This document shows positions 50,737 through 60,233 of a stretch of 64,000 bases of DNA, piece by piece. Made by a program: the position numbers and the translations under genes. The DNA lies in NCBI GenBank assembly GCA_041600755.1, contig JBFIJL010000002.1:16850-80849 (forward strand), given 5' to 3'. The notes beneath the pieces were generated by a model that worked only from the letters and a program-made list of their open reading frames with translations, searched no databases and was not told the DNA's origin. Each line of letters opens with the position of its first letter. The stretch's first letter is position 1. The DNA comes from Candidatus Saccharimonadales bacterium (GTDB taxonomy: Bacteria; Patescibacteriota; Saccharimonadia; Saccharimonadales; JAXHNE01).

Positions 50737-51687
50737 GTGATGTATTTGGTATACTTGAACCAAATGACAAAAGACAAAAATATTTCAGCGGAGCAATCTG
50801 TTGGCACGTCGGTTTTAGTGAGTATTGGCGATATCGTGATCAATCTTGGGCTTGCACTGCTATCCGGAAGTGCCGTCATGCTGTCACAGGCTCTTCAGGG
50901 GACTGCAGACTTACTTTCTGCAACACTACTGCTTGTTGGTGTCAAAAAGTCGAGCAGACAAGCCGACGATACACATCCTTTTGGATTTGGCCGAGAGATA
51001 TTTTTTTGGGCTTTGCTTGCTAGCATCTTCACTCTTGTTGCGACTGGTATTTTTGTAGTCACCAAGGGCGTTGGTCAAGTAGTTGCTCAAAATAAACTAG
51101 ACTACGCAAATTACGCAATTATAGTACTGGCTTTTGGACTGCTCAGTAACGGATATTCTATGCGGATTAGCCTCAAGCGAATCGGTAGCGGATTGAGTTC
51201 AGCAAGTATCAAAGATGTCATAAACCGAGTTATCCACTCATCGTTAATTGAAACTAAGACAACTTTGCTTATCGACACCATGGGCTCAGTGTCTGCCGCT
51301 ATTGGGCTACTGTCGCTGGCAATGTACCAAGTTACTGGAGCGGCAATCTTTGATGGTATTGGTGCGATAGCGGTTGGCCTAATCACTATGGCTGGGGCAC
51401 TGCTACTCATTTACAATCTCAAGAATTTACTCGTAGGCGTGAGTCCTCGCCCAGAAGTCATAAATCAGATAAGGGATATTGCAAGCAACATCAAGCACGT
51501 CAACGATGTTCTAGACTTACGCGCCATTACCATCGGATCAGGCAAAATTCTTGTTATCTTAGAAATACATTTCGAGGATAAACTAACTACTGATGAGATC
51601 GAAAAAATAACCGACGAAATTAAAGATGCGTTGAAATCACAAATGAATATAATACACCGCGTTCAAGTCGAGGCCGAGACCCCGTAA
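50737..51687 (+). CDS. Cation diffusion facilitator (CDF) family transporter
   Basis: Six TM segments with SQALQGTADLLS and HPFGFGRE motifs, plus a C-terminal cytoplasmic domain. The start is uncertain (GTG 50737, ATG 50740 or ATG 50764). Confidence 0.85.
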   Translation: MMYLVYLNQMTKDKNISAEQSVGTSVLVSIGDIVINLGLALLSGSAVMLSQALQGTADLLSATLLLVGVKKSSRQADDTHPFGFGREIFFWALLASIFTLVATGIFVVTKGVGQVVAQNKLDYANYAIIVLAFGLLSNGYSMRISLKRIGSGLSSASIKDVINRVIHSSLIETKTTLLIDTMGSVSAAIGLLSLAMYQVTGAAIFDGIGAIAVGLITMAGALLLIYNLKNLLVGVSPRPEVINQIRDIASNIKHVNDVLDLRAITIGSGKILVILEIHFEDKLTTDEIEKITDEIKDALKSQMNIIHRVQVEAETP

Positions 51688-51692
51688 ATGCC

Positions 51693-52463
51693 CTAGGCGA
51701 GTCTTTGACTTAAGCCGATACCTTGAAATTCCTTAGCAATATATACAGGTTCGTTATACGTACTAGACGCTTCATCAAAAACATAGCCAAGGTCTGAAAA
51801 GTTAGCGACATCAGGCATTTCTGGTAGTTGACTTCGTATAATCCACCTGGCATACGCTCCGCGGGCAATTTTTGCGTGGACTGCCACAAACTTTGGTTTT
51901 GAGCTGTCATTTAGCACACTCAAGAATTTCGGCTTAATTATTCGCACGTCACCCAGGTGAGGCATTAACAGTTTTTCATATTCAATAGATGTGCAATTAA
52001 TCAGCAAATTTACATTATCAAACTCATTGGCTATTGAGCCTCCCCAGTAATCATATATGCTATTAAACTGTTTTTTGGGAAACTTATATGCGGCTTCAAG
52101 CCGATAGGGTGCTATGCCATCGTAAGGTCGCAATACTCCGTATAGCCCTGACAAGATAGCAAGATGCTGTTGCGCAAAATCTCGCTCTGACTGAGTGAAG
52201 TCAGTAGCTCGGAGCCCACTATAAATGTCTCCTCTAAATACTTCAGCGGCAGCCGACAACTCAGTTTCGCTAGCGTAGATTGAATGCACCTTATCTGCCA
52301 ACGTCTTGGAAATATGCATCGTTGTCTGTAGCTGCGAAACTGAAAGTCCTGCTAGGTATTCTCTGAGTATATCGGCTTTGATTTGTAGCGCAGGAACCGA
52401 CAGATTTTGACTAGGCTTGGTCGTAACCATGGTTTTGGATGAATGTATGAGAACTTTAAACAT
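51693..52463 (-). CDS. yaaA: YaaA-family (DUF328) peroxide stress protein
   Basis: FRGDIYSGL...FAQQHLAILSGLYGVLRPYDGIAPYRLE closely follows E. coli YaaA. Confidence 0.8.
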   Translation of the reverse strand: MFKVLIHSSKTMVTTKPSQNLSVPALQIKADILREYLAGLSVSQLQTTMHISKTLADKVHSIYASETELSAAAEVFRGDIYSGLRATDFTQSERDFAQQHLAILSGLYGVLRPYDGIAPYRLEAAYKFPKKQFNSIYDYWGGSIANEFDNVNLLINCTSIEYEKLLMPHLGDVRIIKPKFLSVLNDSSKPKFVAVHAKIARGAYARWIIRSQLPEMPDVANFSDLGYVFDEASSTYNEPVYIAKEFQGIGLSQRLA

Positions 52464-52586
52464 GATTCCTTCTGAGTTATCGACATGAGTGCTATTTGCT
52501 GTGTATTAGTATACTTTACTGAATCACTTTGCATCCAGCTGCTTGCAAATCATGCAATAAATTACAGTAGATGTATACTAACTGTC

Positions 52587-53336
52587 ATGAGACCAAGTAT
52601 TGAACTTCCAAATCATAAGACAGTTTATGAATTTTACGAAAGCTACAATCCCAGCCAACGAACTTCACGTGTGCTCCATGGTGCAATGTCCAGAATCTTC
52701 AAACCAGAGGTCACTTACGTTGACGACGCAAAACAAAAAATTGGTGAAATATTTGAAACTGGCAGGGGAGTTGTAATCGCGTCAAACCATGCAAAAGCTG
52801 TCGATCCTTGCATAATTGCATCAATGCCAATGCGCGAGCCAGTTTTTGCGCCTCTTTTAAATAACACTTTTATTCCATCCAAAGAATCGATACAGGCAAT
52901 TCCAGTAGTAAGGCATCTAGTTGATGGGCTTGGAGCAATTCCGGTGTTTAGAGAGGAGCGTCTTAATGACCCTTCGGATAAAGCACAAAAATCACTACTA
53001 AGTGGTGCAGCACGAAATTTAATGAAGACTTCAATTGCAAGATTAAATGCAGGACAAAATATGGCCATCTTTCCCGAAGGAACACGCAACGATGGCGATC
53101 TTCGTACGCTTCAAGAACTCAAGAAAGGTATTGGACTAATGGTCTGTAAAGTTTCAGAAGTTCAACAGCCAGCAATTGTACCAATGGCAATCAGGTACCA
53201 AGATGGAGCACGAAAACCGTTAGTCGTTGTTGGGGAGCCTTCGACTGAACCATTCGTTCGGGGCAGAGAAGTAATGGAATGGCTTCCCGAACATATGCAA
53301 GCGTGTGTTGACGAAGCCTACAATATCCCAGCTTAA
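52587..53336 (+). CDS. 1-acyl-sn-glycerol-3-phosphate acyltransferase-like protein
   Basis: H-x4-D motif (NHAKAVD) and FPEGTRN motif. Start set at an internal ATG. Confidence 0.7.
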   Translation: MRPSIELPNHKTVYEFYESYNPSQRTSRVLHGAMSRIFKPEVTYVDDAKQKIGEIFETGRGVVIASNHAKAVDPCIIASMPMREPVFAPLLNNTFIPSKESIQAIPVVRHLVDGLGAIPVFREERLNDPSDKAQKSLLSGAARNLMKTSIARLNAGQNMAIFPEGTRNDGDLRTLQELKKGIGLMVCKVSEVQQPAIVPMAIRYQDGARKPLVVVGEPSTEPFVRGREVMEWLPEHMQACVDEAYNIPA

Positions 53337-54142
53337 GCGTTAGTTTTTGTGCGGAACATGCGCGATGCTATCGGCACAGCGATAACGAGCAGCAGTATGC
53401 TCCATCCAAGCGCCAACCAACCATGATTCCCAATTGGCGTACCCAAGAATAACGCCCGAATTGATTCAATAACCTGTGTAATTGGCTGATTTTCTGCAAA
53501 AGCTCTTAGATATTTACCCATGCCATCGGTTGGGGTAAATGCGCTACTTGCGAATGTAAGCGGGAAGATAAGAACAAAGGTCAGCCACTGTACTGCCTCA
53601 ACACTTTTGGCCATAACTCCAATTATTGCAGCGAGCCATGAAAATGACAGTGTAAATATTAGTAATATTCCCACAATTTGCAGCCACTCAAAAAGGTTGG
53701 CTTGCGGCCTAAACCCTATTGCCAGGCCAACAAGAATCATGACAATCGTACTAATTGCATTCCTGAAGATATCCGAAATAACATGCCCAGTTAGCACCGC
53801 TAGATTACTCATGGGCAAACTACGAAACCTATCAACTATGCCTTTTTGAAGGTCATTAGTGACTGCGATCGCCGTAGTTGTGGAGCCGAAAGCAACTGTC
53901 TGCACAATAATACCGGCCATCAAAAAGCTAATATAGCTAATTCCTTCTGGGAGAGCCTTAGAAATTGAACCACCAAAAACTGATGCAAACAATATAAGAA
54001 ACATGATTGGCTGAAAAAAGGCACCAAGCAATTGATCTTGATTGCGCAAAATATGCGTACTGCTGCGCTTTATCATTAGCAGTGAATCACTCAAAACAAG
54101 TGCAATTTTTGATTTTTTCTCAAATACTAGTTCGTCTGACAT
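53333..54142 (-). CDS. ABC-2-type transporter permease
   Basis: Six TM segments. Immediately downstream of the ATPase gene. Confidence 0.8.
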   Translation of the reverse strand: MSDELVFEKKSKIALVLSDSLLMIKRSSTHILRNQDQLLGAFFQPIMFLILFASVFGGSISKALPEGISYISFLMAGIIVQTVAFGSTTTAIAVTNDLQKGIVDRFRSLPMSNLAVLTGHVISDIFRNAISTIVMILVGLAIGFRPQANLFEWLQIVGILLIFTLSFSWLAAIIGVMAKSVEAVQWLTFVLIFPLTFASSAFTPTDGMGKYLRAFAENQPITQVIESIRALFLGTPIGNHGWLALGWSILLLVIAVPIASRMFRTKTNA

Positions 54143-55099
54143 TTATTTACCCTCCTTGGCGGCTGAAGCATCTTCTGTGAGACTCAGGAATACATCGTCT
54201 AATGTTGGTTTATGAATGTCCATGGCAGCGATTGCAGCCTTGGCCTCATTGAGCTCATCGAGTATGCCGCGCACGTCGCTTCCACTGCCAGCAATCTGTA
54301 AAGTAACTTGTAGTAATTCTTTGTCGCCAAGCACAACGCGCTTACCAAGTGTTTTTACGGCTTCGTCGTATGAATTAGGCTCTTTGAAGGTGATCATCAA
54401 TCGATCTTTACCAACTTTCTGCTTGAGCTGCTTTGCAGTTCCTTCTGCGACAACTTTACCGCCGTCAATCAATATAATATTATCTGCCAACTGATCTGCT
54501 TCTTCTAAATATTGTGTGGTTAGAAGAATCGTAGTCCCAGCAGCTTTAAGCTTGGTGATAATATCCCACATAACAAGGCGTGAACGTGGATCTAGGCCAG
54601 TTGTTGGCTCATCAAGGAAGATCACCGGAGGCGCAGCAATCAGGCTAACTGCAAGGTCAAGCCGCCGGCGCATACCACCTGAATAGGTCTTTACGGGGCG
54701 TGACGCTGCTTCAACCAAGTCAAACTCAGTTAAGAGTTCTTCGGCGCGGGCAACAGCACTTGCTTTCGTGAGTCGATATAATCGGCCCATCATGATCATA
54801 TTCTCGCGTCCTGTTAATAATTCATCGACAGCAGCTGATTGCCCGGTTAGTCCTATGACCTTGCGAACCTCCTCGGCATCAGTTACGACGTCATGACCCT
54901 CAACAGTGACTTTGCCGCCATCGGGTTGCAACAAAGTGCTCAGAATTCTTACGGTGGTTGTTTTGCCGGCACCATTAGGGCCAAGTAACGCTAGCATCGT
55001 CCCGCGCTCTACAGACAAATTAATACCGCGCAGCACCTTGTTGTCTCCATAAGATTTCTTTAAATTTTTTGCGCTAATGACTGTATCGCTTGTTTTCAT
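54143..55099 (-). CDS. ABC transporter ATP-binding protein (DrrA-like)
   Basis: Walker A GPNGAGKTT, signature YSGGMRRRL, Walker B VIFLDEPTTGLD. Start set at the ATG (MKTSDTV...) 7 nt after a minus-strand TATAAT. Confidence 0.9.
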   Translation of the reverse strand: MKTSDTVISAKNLKKSYGDNKVLRGINLSVERGTMLALLGPNGAGKTTTVRILSTLLQPDGGKVTVEGHDVVTDAEEVRKVIGLTGQSAAVDELLTGRENMIMMGRLYRLTKASAVARAEELLTEFDLVEAASRPVKTYSGGMRRRLDLAVSLIAAPPVIFLDEPTTGLDPRSRLVMWDIITKLKAAGTTILLTTQYLEEADQLADNIILIDGGKVVAEGTAKQLKQKVGKDRLMITFKEPNSYDEAVKTLGKRVVLGDKELLQVTLQIAGSGSDVRGILDELNEAKAAIAAMDIHKPTLDDVFLSLTEDASAAKEGK

Positions 55100-55155
55100 G
55101 CAAACTATTATACGCCTCACAACAGAGGTACACAACCACCAGGGTCCCAAATTAC

Positions 55156-55184
55156 TTGACAATTCGCCGACTCTGTGCTATAAT
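55156..55184 (+). promoter_or_regulatory. Consensus sigma-70 promoter with no protein-coding gene downstream
   Basis: TTGACA, 17-nt spacer, TATAAT. Both hexamers match the consensus exactly. Confidence 0.65.
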
Positions 55185-55190
55185 GAAATT

Positions 55191-55380
55191 ATACAGTTGT
55201 ACATTTGGTACTTTTTTAAACAAAAACCAGACAAATTGTAAATGCTTCTGCCGCTTCAGCAGAACGTACGAACTACCAAAATATAGGCAAAATGAAGCCT
55301 TGGAGTCGTAACGTACATACATTGCAATAGTACATATGTAAATACGGGCACAGTGGGGTTTAACTCTTCTGTGCTTTTTT
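55191..55380 (+). ncRNA. Candidate ~190-nt small RNA of unknown class
   Basis: Bounded by the consensus promoter and the terminator GCACAG-N15-CTGTGC plus T6 (55348-55380). Internal hairpins include TTCTGC-cgcttca-GCAGAA and an imperfect ~12-bp helix. No ORF starts downstream of the predicted TSS except a 14-codon one. Confidence 0.4.
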
Positions 55381-55717
55381 AGTTGTGAAACAAAATACCG
55401 AGCACAATAAGCAAGTTTGCTGCCACTAGTGGTAAATAAGTAAGCTTTAGTGGCAAGACCCTGTGATAGGTTGCATATATAGCCATCATGAGTGAGGAAA
55501 ATAGCAAAACACTCCAGGTAATCAACGACAGTCCATCGCCTTTATCCAAGAACCATAATTCATACACTTGGAAAAAAACTGCAATTGGCACTAGTGGTCC
55601 AGCAAAGACAACAACGTGATCTATGAAGCTGAAATTGACCCTGCCACGGAGTTGTCGAACCGTCATGTGGTGCTCAGCTTGAGTGCAGCTATCTGCAGTT
55701 ATTCTTGATTTTGCCAT
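55379..55717 (-). CDS. Small 3-TM membrane protein, PQ-loop/SemiSWEET-like
   Basis: Start overlaps the upstream stop (TAATG). The pattern PIAVFFQVYELWFLDKGDGLSLITWSVLLFSSLMMAIY resembles SemiSWEET topology. Assignment is tentative. Confidence 0.45.
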   Translation of the reverse strand: MAKSRITADSCTQAEHHMTVRQLRGRVNFSFIDHVVVFAGPLVPIAVFFQVYELWFLDKGDGLSLITWSVLLFSSLMMAIYATYHRVLPLKLTYLPLVAANLLIVLGILFHN

Positions 55718-56460
55718 TATTGATACTCGGGGTTGTCGGTCTTGGCGTTGGTGACTGACTCCCAGCCACTGGTTGTATTTCCAATTGCAGGGATGCCACC
55801 AGCGTCCTTTAGTGCCCGCGCTGAATGCATTAAGTTCCAAGCCATAAATGTAGTATTGCGGTTTGTAAACTCATTATCGAATCCAGCAGGCGCTCCATCT
55901 TCATGAATCTTCTTGCCATCCCACTCGGTGTCGCCATAACTTGGTCCAGGCCCAGCCTCACCTAGCCAAGCACAATCAGCCTGAGGCGGGATTGTGTATC
56001 CAATGTGCTGCATGGCGTACAGAATATCCATGGCACAATGCTTGGCTCCGTCCTCGTTGCCAGTAATCACACAACCACCGGTTTTGCCGTAATAAACATA
56101 CTGACCCTTGTTATTGCGGTCGCCGCTATATGCATACATCCGTTCTATTACAAGCGTTGCAACGCTAGATTTTACCCCAAGCCAAATAGGCGTACCGAGT
56201 ACCAATATGTCGGCTTCTTGAATCTTGGCTTGGATTGTTGGCCAATCATCTTGCTGGCCGTCTTCGGCTCCATCTTTTATCATGCCGTAGGCGATTTGGT
56301 GATCCAACGCGTATATATGCTCTACGCTAACACCCTCTGATTGCATAATTCCGGCTGCCTTGTTGATGAGAAGCTGAGTGTGAGAGTTTGCGCTGTCTTT
56401 TTTTATAGAACAATTGATAAACAGGGCTTTTAAGTCTTTAAAATCTTGTTTAGTCTGCAT
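55717..56460 (-). CDS. Flavodoxin-like fold NAD(P)H-dependent FMN reductase family protein
   Basis: KALFINCSIKK...SHT and ADILVLGTPIWLG motifs. Confidence 0.7.
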   Translation of the reverse strand: MQTKQDFKDLKALFINCSIKKDSANSHTQLLINKAAGIMQSEGVSVEHIYALDHQIAYGMIKDGAEDGQQDDWPTIQAKIQEADILVLGTPIWLGVKSSVATLVIERMYAYSGDRNNKGQYVYYGKTGGCVITGNEDGAKHCAMDILYAMQHIGYTIPPQADCAWLGEAGPGPSYGDTEWDGKKIHEDGAPAGFDNEFTNRNTTFMAWNLMHSARALKDAGGIPAIGNTTSGWESVTNAKTDNPEYQ

Positions 56461-56550
56461 ACGAATATTATACCACTAGCACCTATCTGGCTTTTTTGAC
56501 CCTCAACCCTAAGCGGTTGCGGTACCGAAGACGGTCAACAGAGCTTAAAG

Positions 56551-57081
56551 CTACAGTCGCTTAGCGATTGCTCGAAGAGTATTGATGTTGCGGACGGTCA
56601 TAAGCCTGTAGTTTGGGGTGCCAACAATCTTAGTAAGTGCACTTTTACCGGTTAGCTCCCGCGGTACGCGCCACACAACTGCCCCTGGCGAATATATCGC
56701 CTCGTCAACATCTTGCCTTGGGCTTAGTAGCTGAATGATATCTGGCGTATCAAGCTCCCTCCATAAAAATAAAACATCAGTTTTTTGGTTTTTGTCATTT
56801 TCCCAGGTTGCAGGAACGATAGAAAGTGTCTGCTCTATTTGGTCTTTAGAACGCACGAGTACTGGGATGTTCAGCTTAAAGGTAGTGAGGATTTCTTGTT
56901 CAATCATAGCCTCCAAAATATTGTTAGGCGATTTTTCTACTTCAAAAAACACATTGCCTGAATTTATGTACGTTGACACTTCATTGAACCCCAGCTTCTC
57001 ACACATGAGTTTCAGCTCGCTCATCACAAGCTTATTATTTCCCCCAACATTTATTCCTCGCAGTAACGCAACGTATCTCAT
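56551..57081 (-). CDS. DUF1697-family protein
   Basis: MRYVALLRGINVGGNNKLVMSELK is the characteristic N-terminus. Confidence 0.75.
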   Translation of the reverse strand: MRYVALLRGINVGGNNKLVMSELKLMCEKLGFNEVSTYINSGNVFFEVEKSPNNILEAMIEQEILTTFKLNIPVLVRSKDQIEQTLSIVPATWENDKNQKTDVLFLWRELDTPDIIQLLSPRQDVDEAIYSPGAVVWRVPRELTGKSALTKIVGTPNYRLMTVRNINTLRAIAKRL

Positions 57082-57824
57082 TTCAGACTAGAGCCCAATG
57101 CTTTTCTAGAAATCGCCCTAGGTAGCAAACGAAGCAGGAATATCTGTACTCTGTTTTTCCAACCATGAATCGCTACTGCTTGGTTTTGGTCTAGCGCTTT
57201 GTAGCCAAAACGCGCAACATCTTGCGCGGTCGGAAGAGAACCCCTAAATATTGAAGCAGACCCTGCTTGGGCATTTTGGCTAAACTGAGACTTTGTTGGG
57301 CCAGGGCAGAGCGCGGTGACCGAAACTCCAGAACTTTTCAATTCTTCATGAAGTGCCTCACTAAATGCCAAAACATAATGTTTGGTCGCGAAGTAGACGT
57401 TCATGTACGGTCCAGGTGCAAAAGCAGCCGTACTGGCCACATTCAAAATTTTACCTTTTGACTTCAAAATCTGCGGCAGCAGTAGATGAGTAAGCTCTGT
57501 AAGAGTATTCATGTTGAGCTGCATCATTGAGGTAAGCTTTTCGATATCGCTTTCTACAAACGCACCATAATCACCAAAACCAGCATTGTTTACAAGTACG
57601 TCAATTTTAATCTTTTTGGCTGCTAATTTTTGTGCAAGCTCCTTAGCTGAACTGGACTTGCTTAAATCCTGACTGAAGTAGACTACATTCTTAAATTCGT
57701 CATCAAGATCCGGCATCGTGTCAGAGCGAGAGGCAACAATCACTTTAAAATCATTGGCTAAAAATAGACGCACAAACTCTAGACCAATTCCAGAACTTCC
57801 ACCTGTAATAAGAACAGTTTTCAT
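57078..57824 (-). CDS. Short-chain dehydrogenase/reductase (SDR)
   Basis: TGGSSGIG cofactor motif, NNAG, Y-x3-K (YFATK). Confidence 0.9.
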   Translation of the reverse strand: MKTVLITGGSSGIGLEFVRLFLANDFKVIVASRSDTMPDLDDEFKNVVYFSQDLSKSSSAKELAQKLAAKKIKIDVLVNNAGFGDYGAFVESDIEKLTSMMQLNMNTLTELTHLLLPQILKSKGKILNVASTAAFAPGPYMNVYFATKHYVLAFSEALHEELKSSGVSVTALCPGPTKSQFSQNAQAGSASIFRGSLPTAQDVARFGYKALDQNQAVAIHGWKNRVQIFLLRLLPRAISRKALGSSLK

Positions 57825-57890
57825 ATGCCCATTATAGATTGTTTGCGCAACAATACTAATCTTGCTATCATTTTAACACTTTAACAATTA

Positions 57891-57997
57891 AAAATATCAA
57901 GAGTGCAGTTAGGGATCTAGCCCGAAGACCTGCCAGCAACCTGTCTGAAGAGATAAGGTGCTACGTCTAGCCCGCCAGGTGCGGGGAAGATGATTTT
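57891..57997 (+). promoter_or_regulatory. SAM-I (S-box) riboswitch aptamer
   Basis: ATCAAGAG...TTAGGGATCTAGCCCGAAGACC..GCCAGCAACC...AAGGTGCTACGTC...GAAGATGAT follows the S-box consensus blocks. It lies upstream of metK. Confidence 0.85.
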
Positions 57998-58081
57998 AAT
58001 TTCTCTTAGAATCTCGTATCTCCGCGACCTAGCAGAAAGGATATTTATGCTAAGTACTACTAACCACGGAGAAAACGCAAA

Positions 58082-59203
58082 ATGAGCAAAACTAACTATT
58101 TTACTAGTGAGTCAGTGTGTGCTGGACATCCAGATAAAATCGCCGATGCGATTAGTGATGCAATTTTGGATGAAGCCCTACGCCAAGACCCCAATAGCCG
58201 CACCGGAATAGAAACTGTAGTTGGCGCCGATCAAATATGCTTATTTGGCGAGATTAAAACAACTGCAAAAATTGACTTCGAATCAATTGCGCGGACTACT
58301 ATCAAGAGCTTAGGCTACACAAACGAAGCCTGGGGGTTTAGTGAAAAGTCTAACTTCCAGAACTTTATTCACAAACAATCACCTGAAATTGCTCAAGGAG
58401 TTGATGCTGATGGTGCGGGTGATCAGGGAATGATGTTTGGCTACGCCTGCGACCAAACTGATTCATTTTTACCACTGCCGATCGTGCTTGCTCACGCCCT
58501 GTGTAAACGTATCGACGACGCAAGAGAAACGAAACGAATTAGCTGGCTACGACCAGACGGCAAGGCACAAGTGACGATTCGCTACGAAGACGATAAGCCG
58601 GTGGCTGTCGAAAAAGTAGTGATAGCTGTGGCTCATTCTGAGGATGTCGATGCAAATGAGGTTAGGAAGGGTGTGATCAAGAACATCATCGAACCCATTT
58701 TGAAGCAATATAAACACAAGGCGCCAGCCGATGAGGCGATAATCGTCAACGGTACAGGATTGTGGCACATTCCGGGACCCGACTCAGATGCTGGACTTAC
58801 CGGACGAAAAATTGTCGTCGATGGATATGGTGGATATTCAAGAGTTGGGGGCGGTGCATTTAGCGGCAAAGACCCGAGCAAAGTTGATAGAAGTGGCGCA
58901 TACGCTGCAAGGTATATTGCCAAGAACCTGGTCGCAAACGGCTTCGCAACTGAATGCGAGGTAGGGCTCGCTTATGTAATAGGTCAGCCTCAACCACTCA
59001 TGCGCAGCATCAACTGTTTTGGGACCGAGACTGAATCGGCGGATGTTATTGAAAAGCTTGCGGACTTACTACTAGATACTAGCGTCAAGGATATCGGCGA
59101 ACAGCTTAATTTAAAAAATCCAATCTATAGCCAAACTAGCGCCTACGGTCACTTTGGTAAATCTGACCTCCCATGGGAGAAAGTTGTCGCAATAGAGAAG
59201 TAG
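58082..59203 (+). CDS. metK: S-adenosylmethionine synthetase
   Basis: FTSESVCAGHPDKIADAISDAILDE, GAGDQGMMFGYA, and GGGAFSGKDPSKVDRSGAYAARY motifs. Confidence 0.95.
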   Translation: MSKTNYFTSESVCAGHPDKIADAISDAILDEALRQDPNSRTGIETVVGADQICLFGEIKTTAKIDFESIARTTIKSLGYTNEAWGFSEKSNFQNFIHKQSPEIAQGVDADGAGDQGMMFGYACDQTDSFLPLPIVLAHALCKRIDDARETKRISWLRPDGKAQVTIRYEDDKPVAVEKVVIAVAHSEDVDANEVRKGVIKNIIEPILKQYKHKAPADEAIIVNGTGLWHIPGPDSDAGLTGRKIVVDGYGGYSRVGGGAFSGKDPSKVDRSGAYAARYIAKNLVANGFATECEVGLAYVIGQPQPLMRSINCFGTETESADVIEKLADLLLDTSVKDIGEQLNLKNPIYSQTSAYGHFGKSDLPWEKVVAIEK

Positions 59204-59269
59204 ATTGAGAATCTTTTGCAATTAGAGTCTCCTGTCATTTAGTCTTAATGGCAGGAGAACTAATACATT

Positions 59270-60193
59270 ATGGCAACTTACTTACACGTTTTTATATTTT
59301 CATTAATCGGTGGCATCGTTTCGCTTATCGGCGGTTTTTTACTGTTAGCTCACAAAAAGCGCGCAGCAAAACTAGTAACCTATGCAACGCCGTTTGCTGC
59401 AGGGGCTCTGCTAGCGACTGCTTTTTTGGATTTGCTTCCAGAAGCTGCACACGAAGGAAACATAGAACGAGCACTTCTAGGAACGCTGGGCGGTATATTG
59501 CTCTTCTTTTTACTAGAAAGGTTTCTTCGCTGGTTTCACCATCATCATGACGAGGAAGATGCCAATCACGAAGACGCCAACGCAAATCTTATTGTCATCG
59601 GTGATACTATCCATAATTTTATTGATGGTATTGCTATTGCTGCCGGATTTCTTGTAAGCGTGCCCACTGGAGTTTTAGTTACTCTCGCGGTTGCAGCTCA
59701 TGAAATACCACAGGAAATTGGAGATTTTGGACTACTTCTTAAAAAGGGCTTTTCACCCAAAAAAGTATTGTTGGTTAATATTCTCTCTGCATTCGCGACG
59801 GTAGCCTCTGCACTACTCTTCTTCTCTCTAGGCACGACTGCATTAGAATATCTGGATGTAGTGCTTGGCATAACTGCTGGATTCTTTATCTACATAGCAG
59901 TAAGTGACATCATCCCAGATATCCATCGTGCCGAGGATAAAACTATTGCTGGACCGCAGACAATGCTTCTAGTGTTAGGCGTGGTTGCGGTAGGCATAGT
60001 GACGACAACACTTCACGACTATATCGACACACATGATCACAATGAAGATCAGCATAGTCACCAGGAGCTTCATGATGATCACGACGAGGAGCATGATAGT
60101 CACTTTGAACTTCATGATGAAGATCATCACGACGAAGAACATGATGAAGACCATCACGATGATGAGCACACGGAGTCTACACACCAGCATTAG
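59270..60193 (+). CDS. ZIP-family zinc/iron permease with a His/Asp/Glu-rich C-terminal tail
   Basis: HNFIDGIAIAAGF and HEIPQEIGDFGLL motifs. The tail reads HDHNEDQHSHQELHDDHDEEHDSHFELHDEDHHDEEHDEDHHDDEH. Confidence 0.85.
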   Translation: MATYLHVFIFSLIGGIVSLIGGFLLLAHKKRAAKLVTYATPFAAGALLATAFLDLLPEAAHEGNIERALLGTLGGILLFFLLERFLRWFHHHHDEEDANHEDANANLIVIGDTIHNFIDGIAIAAGFLVSVPTGVLVTLAVAAHEIPQEIGDFGLLLKKGFSPKKVLLVNILSAFATVASALLFFSLGTTALEYLDVVLGITAGFFIYIAVSDIIPDIHRAEDKTIAGPQTMLLVLGVVAVGIVTTTLHDYIDTHDHNEDQHSHQELHDDHDEEHDSHFELHDEDHHDEEHDEDHHDDEHTESTHQH

Positions 60194-60233
60194 CAGTTTG
60201 CAGTTCGCCTTCAATCTGGGTACTATTTAAGCA

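Noticed and set aside
59975-60230. ORFs 59975..60214 (minus strand) and 60033..60230 (plus strand)
   Set aside because: They are off-frame or antisense products of the repetitive CAT/GAT/GAA codons that encode the ZIP His/Asp tail.
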